NCBI GenBank assembly: GCA_036337175.1
Contig: JAYZEQ010000008.1
Coordinates: 121,088 to 185,087, forward strand
Source of the DNA: Pseudomonadota bacterium
Lineage (GTDB): Bacteria > Pseudomonadota > Alphaproteobacteria > Caulobacterales > Parvularculaceae
Reading direction: 5' to 3'
DNA: 64,000 nucleotides
The stretch's first letter is position 1. The number at the start of each line of letters is the position of its first letter. Shown in pieces: positions 55,887 to 64,000 of the stretch. The position numbers were made by a program, and so were the translations under genes. The notes below the pieces were generated by a model that did not search any database, had not been told where the DNA came from, and was given only the letters and a program-made list of their open reading frames with translations.

Positions 55887-56099
55887 ATGCTGAACCGCAA
55901 CCTTTGGCGCCGCGTCGGCGGCCTGTTCGGGGACCGCAAGGAAGAGTTAGCCGACGCCAAAGTCGTCGCGCCGCCCTTCCTGAAGCGGACGCCGCTCGAA
56001 GCCCTGCTGATCGACGAGGATTTCTATCTGGCGGAACGGACCGTCATTCAGCCGCGTGAAGGTGCTCCTGATCGCGCGGATTGGCGCGCCCGCCACTGA
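55887..56099 (+). CDS. Small hypothetical protein (70 aa)
   Basis: GGAGG 6 nt before ATG 55887; overlaps the 3' end of the convergent PAS gene. Confidence 0.5.
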   Translation: MLNRNLWRRVGGLFGDRKEELADAKVVAPPFLKRTPLEALLIDEDFYLAERTVIQPREGAPDRADWRARH

Positions 56100-57123
56100 A
56101 TACGAAGCCTTCGACTCCCGGCACGTAGAGCATGTTGGTGAGCCGGCCCGAGAAAGCTGCATAGGACTCATCGGCGAGCCGCAGGCAGACATGCGGCAAC
56201 GCAAGCGCCTCGCCGAGCTTCGACAGGGTCTTTTCGCCGACCGAGCGGAACAGCGGCAGATCGCTCGGATGCACGAGATCCTTGGTGGTCTTGCCGATCA
56301 GCGACCGCGCCGGCGCGCCGAGCGCCTGATTGACCGACGGGCTCGCATAGATGACGCGCCCTTCCGGCGAGAAGATGATGGTCACGTCCTGCGACGACTC
56401 GATCAGTGCGCGGTAGCGCTTCTCGGACTCGTGCGCGGCGTCGACCTGTTTCTTCAGCGCGTCGAGCAGCCGGTCGTTGCGCGAGCGCAGGCGGATCGAG
56501 CGGACGATCATCTGATGCGTCGTCCAGGCGAGATAGGCGGTGGCGATGGCGTAGAGTACGACGATCGCCGCGATGGCCGGCCCGACCGAGCCTGCCGCCA
56601 CCGCATAGGTGGCGGCGAACGGCATCAGCGCCGGAATGTTGAAGGCGAGCACGGCCCGCCACGAAGCGCCGGCGGTGGCGATGGCGGCCGCCGTCATGCC
56701 GGCGATCATGAAAGGCAGAAAGGCGTTGCCGATCAGCCCGTGCACCGCGAAGATCGGCGCCAGCGCCCCCCACAGCACGCCGTTGATCCCCATGCCGACC
56801 ACATGGAAACGGGCGAAGAGAGCAAGTCCGTGCGCCGGCGCCGCCGGACGGCGGAAACGCAGCCACATGACGAGGCGCACGAGCGCCAGCGCCAGCACGA
56901 GGCCCGCCCAGCCAAGCAGCAGCCGGCGATCGACGCTCGTCCACGCGATCGCCAGCGTGATCGCCACGTTGACGACGGTGATGCCGATGGCGGCCGGCGC
57001 GCCGCGCATCAGGAGAGCCATCCTGTCGGCCCGGATTTTGACCCGGTCAGAGTCGGTAAGCTTACTGTCTACGGGTCGGCGGATGGGGGAATTGGAAATC
57101 GCGGTCTGCAATTCCGCAATCAT
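56044..57123 (-). CDS. Polytopic membrane sensor with one C-terminal PAS domain and no output domain
   Basis: ~5-6 TM helices, linker ESEKRYRALIE, PAS (DV..I....G...YASPS...LG......G.....VHP.D); AAGGAG RBS. Confidence 0.85.
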   Translation of the reverse strand: MIAELQTAISNSPIRRPVDSKLTDSDRVKIRADRMALLMRGAPAAIGITVVNVAITLAIAWTSVDRRLLLGWAGLVLALALVRLVMWLRFRRPAAPAHGLALFARFHVVGMGINGVLWGALAPIFAVHGLIGNAFLPFMIAGMTAAAIATAGASWRAVLAFNIPALMPFAATYAVAAGSVGPAIAAIVVLYAIATAYLAWTTHQMIVRSIRLRSRNDRLLDALKKQVDAAHESEKRYRALIESSQDVTIIFSPEGRVIYASPSVNQALGAPARSLIGKTTKDLVHPSDLPLFRSVGEKTLSKLGEALALPHVCLRLADESYAAFSGRLTNMLYVPGVEGFVFSGGRANPRDQEHLHAAE

Positions 57124-57418
57124 TCGCGCTCCTTCGTTCGCTCCCCGCTGGGCCGAATGAGACCACACAGACCGGATTCAGGGAATAGCACAGACATTAC
57201 TTTGCATGATCGTCCCACGACCTTGCCATTTTGAACTAGAAGACTGTTTTTATATAAAAATCATATACTTATGCCGTGCATTCGAAGATGAACGGACAAT
57301 AACCATGTGGGAAATTCATCTCGGCGGCGGCGTTCCTTCCGCCGTGATTTTTCCGCCGGCGCTGCGTTAATCCTAATTGGTCGCTGCGGCGCAAAAGGCT
57401 ATGAAGCCGCGTAGCTGA

Positions 57419-58639
<1,221 letters not shown>

Positions 58640-58653
58640 CGGCGAAGTCTGAT

Positions 58654-58690
58654 ATCGATGTATTCGATACAAGACTTCAGGCTAATTAAT
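58654..58690. promoter_or_regulatory. Putative OxyR/LysR-type site upstream of dps
   Basis: ATCG-N7-CGAT-N7-TTCA-N7-TAAT, four-tetranucleotide spacing. Confidence 0.45.
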
Positions 58691-58746
58691 TTGCTTAATG
58701 GAAGCCGCGTCCCTATCTACGGACTGACTTCACAATCGCCAGGGAG

Positions 58747-59226
58747 ATGGAAATGACGAAGCCGCATATCGGTCTCGACGCCAACGCACGGAAGTCCGTC
58801 GCCGCGGCGCTCAATAATGTGCTTGCTGACACTTACACCCTCTACATGAAGACGCACGTCTATCACTGGAACGTCACCGGTCCGCAATTCCACACGCTGC
58901 ACGTCATGTTCGAAGAGCAGTATCGCGAAATGTGGGCTGCGCTCGACGAGCTAGCTGAAAGAGTGCGCGCGCTCGGCGTTTTCGCCCCCGCCGGCGGCAA
59001 GGCGTTCGCCGATCTGACTGCCGTCGAGAGCGCCGACAAGGAGCCGCCCGCCGCCGAGCAGATGGTCAAGAACCTGCTCGCCGACCACGAAACGCTCGTC
59101 CGGCGCGCGCGCGAAGCGCTTGAAACGGCGAGCGACGCCGGCGACGTCGCCAGCGAAGACTTGCTGACGCAGCGCATCCAGACCCATGAAAAAACCGCGT
59201 GGATGCTGCGCGCGATGACCGAGTAA
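58747..59226 (+). CDS. dps: Dps-family ferritin-like protein
   Basis: LADTYTLY.KTH.YHWNVTGP.F..LH..FEEQY, DELAER, HEK.AWML. Confidence 0.96.
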   Translation: MEMTKPHIGLDANARKSVAAALNNVLADTYTLYMKTHVYHWNVTGPQFHTLHVMFEEQYREMWAALDELAERVRALGVFAPAGGKAFADLTAVESADKEPPAAEQMVKNLLADHETLVRRAREALETASDAGDVASEDLLTQRIQTHEKTAWMLRAMTE

Positions 59227-59242
59227 AAATTCCGCGAACGTG

Positions 59243-59273
59243 AAAAGGCCGGACCCGCGTGGCGGGCCCGGCC
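59243..59273 (-). terminator. Probable intrinsic terminator for the minus-strand transcript
   Basis: GGCCGGACCCGC-GTG-GCGGGCCCGGCC stem preceded by AAAA (U tract on the minus strand). Confidence 0.5.
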
Positions 59274-59524
59274 GGAATCTCGAGCAAGCAAGGGGGCTCG
59301 CCTTTTTTGCTCGAAGGGACAACGCAGTCGTTGCGGCGGCGTTCGGCGGGTTAGGCTGGATCTCCTATACGGCCCGCGTCGCGGTCGCCGATCGACCGCC
59401 TTAATACAATAATGCGTATGCGGCGCGATTCGAAGCCGGTTTATCGCGCGGGAACATCATCTCATCGCTATTAATCGCGGGCGCGCGCAGCGAAATTGCG
59501 CGATTTTATGGCGTGCGCGCCATT

Positions 59525-60565
59525 TCATCGCGTTTCGACAGCGCGCGATTGCAGTCGCCTTATGACTTCATCGGCGGCGCGAGCCGTTTCATCGAGCGGC
59601 GCATACGACCAGCGACGCAGCCGGTCGCTGAAGAAACGCGCGATGCGGCGCTCCCGAAGCTCTTTCTGGAAACGCGCGAATTTTTCCGCCGCCGCCGCAT
59701 CGGCCGTATCGAGCGCCAGGATTTGCACGGGCTTGCCGGTGAGCGCCGCTTCGACGGTCATGTTGACGCTGTCGGCGGTGACGAGGACATGATCGGCGAG
59801 GCCGAGCATGCCGAAATAGGGATTGTCAAGACCGGCGACCGGCGCGCCGTCCCATAGAAAATACGAACGCCCGGCGAGCGCTTCAGCGATGGCGCGGATC
59901 GTTTCCGGTTCGGTGCGGCGCGACGGGGTGATCATCAGGCCGGCGCCGTTCTCGGAGAGGCTTCGCAACGTCGCGGCGATTTTCTCGCGACGTTTCCTTG
60001 TAAAGCGGTACGCCTTGTTTGCGCCGCCGAGCAGAACAGCGACGCGCGGTTTCGGAACATGATCGAGCGCAGGCGCGAGACGCGCCGCGTCCGACTGAAG
60101 CCTTTCGCGCGTCACGCGGCCAGGCGACCCGACGATCGAGAAAACATTGTCGCCCCTGACCCCGTCATGAGTCGGCGGAATGACGAGATCGAAGGCGCCA
60201 AGCGGCGCGCGCGGATTCTGCACATGCACTGTGAAGGTCGAAGGATTGCGTTCTTTCGCGGCCATGGTGAACGGAACGCTGGCGCGTCCGCAGGCGATCC
60301 ACAGATCCGGATAGGGCGGACGCAACAGCGCGCCTTCGCTCGACAGTTTCGAGAAAGGCTCGCCCCACAATTGCCGCGGCAGCGACCGCCACGGCGCTTT
60401 CACGACGATTCGCTTGGTGACGATGTGCAGCGGCAGCTTGCGGGCGATCGCCTCGGCGAGACCGAGCGCCGGGATCTCGATGCCGGCGCGCCCGTCGCTG
60501 ACGACCCAGCAATCGAGCTTTTGCGCTGATGAGTGAGCCGGATCAGAATCCAAGGAGAGCGCCAC
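59525..60565 (-). CDS. ELM1/GtrOC1-like (mitochondrial fission ELM1 family) putative glycosyltransferase
   Basis: WVVSDGRAG, PDLWIACGR, FDLVIPP.HD, VAVLLGG, ITPSRRT, NPYFGML, VTADSVNM. Confidence 0.88.
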   Translation of the reverse strand: MALSLDSDPAHSSAQKLDCWVVSDGRAGIEIPALGLAEAIARKLPLHIVTKRIVVKAPWRSLPRQLWGEPFSKLSSEGALLRPPYPDLWIACGRASVPFTMAAKERNPSTFTVHVQNPRAPLGAFDLVIPPTHDGVRGDNVFSIVGSPGRVTRERLQSDAARLAPALDHVPKPRVAVLLGGANKAYRFTRKRREKIAATLRSLSENGAGLMITPSRRTEPETIRAIAEALAGRSYFLWDGAPVAGLDNPYFGMLGLADHVLVTADSVNMTVEAALTGKPVQILALDTADAAAAEKFARFQKELRERRIARFFSDRLRRWSYAPLDETARAADEVIRRLQSRAVETR

Positions 60566-60667
60566 CGCTGCGGAAAGACACCCGGCGCAGTCAGGCTGGC
60601 GGCGCCGGCGTGACGTGTCTTGCCAGAACTCGCCGCGGTCATCAACGCGCGAGGGGCGCGCGCCGGA

Positions 60668-62806
60668 TCAGCCCACCGAGGTGAGGCGCAAGTCCGCGCC
60701 CTGACGAACCCGGCTTGCAAGCGCCCGCCGGCGAAGCGTCTGGCGCACGGCGGCGAGCGCGTCCGGGGCGTTGAGGAGCGCCAGCTTCTCCGCTTTTGGA
60801 AGCGCCGCCGCATAAGCCGCCGGATCGTCATGGAGGTCGGCCCGCGCGACGGCGAGCGCCAACGGCGCGTGCACGTCCCCTTCGGCGAGGGGCCAGCGCG
60901 GATCGGCGAGCGCTGAGCGTTCCTTGTCGGCGCTTTCGCTGGCGAGGAGGTCGACAAAACGCGGAGGCGCGACATCCCGGTAGGCCTCGGCGGCGCGGCG
61001 CGCGGCTCCGAAAGAAGAAGGCGCGTCAATCTCCTCGGGCGTTGCGAGAAGTCCGGCGCGCGCGAAGGCGGCGCCGAGTTCGTTCGAACCCGTCCAGTAC
61101 GACAGCGGCCCGGCCAGGATCAGTCCGACCATCGCGGGCGCCAGCCAGGCGGCGAAGATGGGTGATATGAGCAGCGCCGAGACGAGAAGAACCACGCCCA
61201 GCATCATCGCCTGCCCGTGCCGGCGGAACGCGTCCTTCGCGGAATAACCGCCGGCGTCGCGCTGCTGCGGCGTCCAGCCGGCGTCGCGTCCGAAGAGGAT
61301 GGAGGCGACGGCGGAGGTCTGCGCCGCCATCAGGATCGGCGCGACCAGAACCGAGAGCAGGGTCTCCACCAGGACGCCGAGCGTCGTGCGCGTTACGCCG
61401 ACTGAACGCCGCCAGCGCTTCGACAGCCATCCCGCGACGAGGCCGTAGAGTTTCGGCGCGAACAGGATCGCCATGGTGGCGCCGAACAGCGCCAGCGCCC
61501 GCGCCGAGTCGATCACCGGCCAGTTGGGAAAAAGCACCGCCTCGTCGCCGAAATATTGCGGCTGCAGGAACTTGCCCTGCAGCGACAGCGCCATGCCGAC
61601 AAGAATCAGCAGCAGCCATGTCGGCGAGGCGAGATACGACATGACGCCGATCATCAGATGCAGGCGGTTGGTCCATTTCAGCCCGCCCATGCGCGCCAGC
61701 ACGCCGGCGTGCTGCATGTTGCCCTGGCACCAGCGACGGTCGCGGATGGTGAGGTCGATGATCGTTGGCGGACATTCTTCATAGGAGCCCGAAAGATCGT
61801 CGGCGATCTTCACACGCCAGCCGGCGCGGCGCAGCAGCGCCGCCTCGACGAAGTCGTGGCTCAGGATCGGGCCGCCGAACGGCGCCTTGCCGGGAATGAC
61901 GGGCAGGCCCGCCGATTCGGCGAAAGCCCGTATGCGGATAATCGCGTTGTGGCCCCAGAAATTGCCCTCGTCCTGCGCCCACCACGAAACGCCGGCCCCC
62001 AGCAGCGGCCCGTAAAGCCCGGCGGCGAACTGCTGGGCGCGCGCGAACAGCGTCTTGCCGCCGACGAGGCGCGGCACCGTCTGGATGAGGCCCGTCGCGG
62101 GCTCCCGGTCCATGCGGCGCGCCAGTTCGAGCAGCGTCTCCGTCTCCATGTAGCTGTCGGCGTCGTAGACGATCATGTAGTCGTAGCGGCCGCCCCAGCG
62201 GGTGACGAAATCCTCGACATTGCCGGACTTCCTCGCGCGGTTGACGGTCCGGCGCCGGTAATAAGCCGGCGCATCGTCGCCCAGCCGCTGCTTCAGCCGC
62301 GTGAAAGCGGCTTCTTCGAGAAGCGCGACGTCGGGATCGGTGCTGTCGCTCAGAATGAAACATTCGAAGCGGCCGGGCGCGGCGTCGGCGAGGCTCGCAG
62401 CGGCGCTTTCGACAGTCGCGAAAACCCGCCGCACATCCTCGTTATAGATCGGAAACAGCACCGCGGTGCGCCCTTGCGGCGGCTCGCGGCCGGCCGGCCG
62501 GGAGTGCAAGAGTTCGCGGACGGCGACGACGGCGAACCCGACCGACGCGCTGGCGAAGGCGAAGGCGATCCAGCAGATGTTGAGACAGAAGATCGCCAAC
62601 AGCGCCCATTCAAGGCCGGTCATTCCGGCGACGTTCAGTACCATGAACATTTCCCGCCCGGCCCACAGCGTCACCGCCGTCGCGGCCGCTCCGACGAACG
62701 CCTTGCGCCATAAGCGCGAGGTGGTGCCGGCGCGCGCCGTCTTGGGCGGCGCGGCGAAACTCTGCGCCGGCATGGCGAGGGGGCTTTCGGACGGGCGAAC
62801 GGTCAC
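60668..62806 (-). CDS. opgH: Glucans biosynthesis glucosyltransferase H
   Basis: PIYNED, ILSDS, RKSGN, DADS, NFWGHNAIIR, ILSHDFVEAA, RDRRWCQGNMQH; start GTG 62806 or ATG 62773. Confidence 0.95.
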   Translation of the reverse strand: MTVRPSESPLAMPAQSFAAPPKTARAGTTSRLWRKAFVGAAATAVTLWAGREMFMVLNVAGMTGLEWALLAIFCLNICWIAFAFASASVGFAVVAVRELLHSRPAGREPPQGRTAVLFPIYNEDVRRVFATVESAAASLADAAPGRFECFILSDSTDPDVALLEEAAFTRLKQRLGDDAPAYYRRRTVNRARKSGNVEDFVTRWGGRYDYMIVYDADSYMETETLLELARRMDREPATGLIQTVPRLVGGKTLFARAQQFAAGLYGPLLGAGVSWWAQDEGNFWGHNAIIRIRAFAESAGLPVIPGKAPFGGPILSHDFVEAALLRRAGWRVKIADDLSGSYEECPPTIIDLTIRDRRWCQGNMQHAGVLARMGGLKWTNRLHLMIGVMSYLASPTWLLLILVGMALSLQGKFLQPQYFGDEAVLFPNWPVIDSARALALFGATMAILFAPKLYGLVAGWLSKRWRRSVGVTRTTLGVLVETLLSVLVAPILMAAQTSAVASILFGRDAGWTPQQRDAGGYSAKDAFRRHGQAMMLGVVLLVSALLISPIFAAWLAPAMVGLILAGPLSYWTGSNELGAAFARAGLLATPEEIDAPSSFGAARRAAEAYRDVAPPRFVDLLASESADKERSALADPRWPLAEGDVHAPLALAVARADLHDDPAAYAAALPKAEKLALLNAPDALAAVRQTLRRRALASRVRQGADLRLTSVG

Positions 62807-64000
62807 GAGGCGCTCCAGCGATAGAGCCAGGTTTCGCTCACTGCGCGGTCGCCGCGGTTGAGCACGGCGCGCAGTTCCGCCGCCGCGCCGGCGTTCTCCA
62901 GTTCGAAACTGAGCCGCGCGCCGCCCGTATGCGCGTTGCGGGTCAGCGTGACGTTGGCGACGCCGCCCTGAGATGTGGTCACCGAGGCGGCGGCGCCGTC
63001 GAACAGCGAAGCGTTCTCCGACTCGAAATCGACGATGAACAGACGCGCGCCCGAAGACGCGACGCCCGTCTTGGTCGACTGCACCCGCGCCACCGTCGGC
63101 TGCACGGGCGTTTCCAGACCCCAGTACATCGTGTAGGCGAGGCGCACCTCCTCGCCTTTTTTCCACGGGGTTTCGGGACGCCAGAAAGCGACGATATTGT
63201 CGTTGAACTCGTTCGCCGTCGGAATTTCGATCAGCATCAGCCGACCCCGGCCCCAATCGCCCTTCGGGGCGACCCAGATGCTCGGGCGCTTTTCGTATTG
63301 CGCCTCGAGATCGTCATAGGCGGAGAACCGGCGTTCGCGCTGCACGAGCCCGAAGCCGATCGGCGTCTGCTCGGCGAAACTCGACACTTCAAGCCGCGCC
63401 GGATTGATGAGCGGCCGCCAGGCCCACTCGCCATTGCGCAGACGGAACATGAAGCCGTCGGAATCGTGCACGCGGGGACGAAAATCCTGGCGCCCGTTGG
63501 CGGGATCCTGCGGTCCGAAGTCGAACATCGAGGTCAGCGGCGCGACGCCCGCTTCGGCGACGTCGCGGCGCGGAAACAGGGTCGCCTCGACGTCGACCAC
63601 GGTCTGCGCGCCCGGCGTCACCTCGAAACGGAAAGCGCCGGCGAGACTCGGGCTGTCGAGCAGCGCATAGATCGAGAATTTGTTGTCTCCGGTCTTCGGA
63701 CGCTCCAGCCAGAACTCGCGGAAGGCCGGAAACTCCTCGCCGTTCGGCGACGCGGTGGAAATCGCAAGCCCGCGCGCCGAGGCGCCGTAGGCGTTTCCCG
63801 CCCCGAGCGCGCGGAAGAAACTCGCGCCCTTGAAATTGATGATGTCGTCGAACTTGCCGGCGGAATTGAGCGGCGAAGTTACGTGGAAGCCGGCGAAGCC
63901 AAGCGTCGTTTTGTCTTCGGCGGAAAGCGGCAGGTCGAAAAAATTGAAATCCGACGGATCGAACGGCCGCTGCAGCGTCTCCCCGCTCTCGACCAGATTG
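62803..64000 (-). CDS. Glucans biosynthesis protein G/D (OpgG/OpgD), 5' end outside window
   Basis: FKGASFFRA, YGASARGLAI, EEFP.FREFWL, GVAPLTSMF, FRPRVHDSDG, ETWLYRW; frame open to the window edge. Confidence 0.93.
   Translation of the reverse strand, partial: NLVESGETLQRPFDPSDFNFFDLPLSAEDKTTLGFAGFHVTSPLNSAGKFDDIINFKGASFFRALGAGNAYGASARGLAISTASPNGEEFPAFREFWLERPKTGDNKFSIYALLDSPSLAGAFRFEVTPGAQTVVDVEATLFPRRDVAEAGVAPLTSMFDFGPQDPANGRQDFRPRVHDSDGFMFRLRNGEWAWRPLINPARLEVSSFAEQTPIGFGLVQRERRFSAYDDLEAQYEKRPSIWVAPKGDWGRGRLMLIEIPTANEFNDNIVAFWRPETPWKKGEEVRLAYTMYWGLETPVQPTVARVQSTKTGVASSGARLFIVDFESENASLFDGAAASVTTSQGGVANVTLTRNAHTGGARLSFELENAGAAAELRAVLNRGDRAVSETWLYRWSAS

Noticed and set aside
62807-63256. N-terminal extension of OpgH in the ORF track
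   Set aside because: Overlaps the opgG/D coding region out of frame; the coupled GTG at 62806 is more plausible

Overview
GC-rich alphaproteobacterial chromosomal window; gene order and protein style suggest a Parvularculales/Caulobacterales-like organism (inference). The backbone is housekeeping: dgcA-like epimerase, parC, recO, era-rnc-lepB-acpS-pdxJ-pyrE-spoT-rpoZ-folK, NYN/UDG, smpB-dapA, slt, tRNA-Ser(GCT), gatB and gatCA, ruvX-pyrB-plsY-dprA-topA-rnr-prmB, aspartate aminotransferase, dps, opgH/opgG. Three accessory blocks stand out. (1) A three-gene cassette on the opposite strand between era and recO: an XRE-HTH regulator, a 101-aa precursor-like protein, and a ~5-TM protein whose true start appears to be a non-canonical ATC. 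It is a candidate peptide-signalling system. (2) A head-to-tail, translationally coupled array of five paralogues with a near-invariant 38-aa N-terminal module and divergent bodies, plus a coupled leader mini-ORF and two decayed head remnants. (3) A ~9.6-kb island of stress/detox regulator-effector modules separating gatCA from gatB, starting with an orphan Phd/YefM antitoxin bracketed by direct, inverted and palindromic repeats. No CRISPR array, rRNA, integrase or transposase was recognised.
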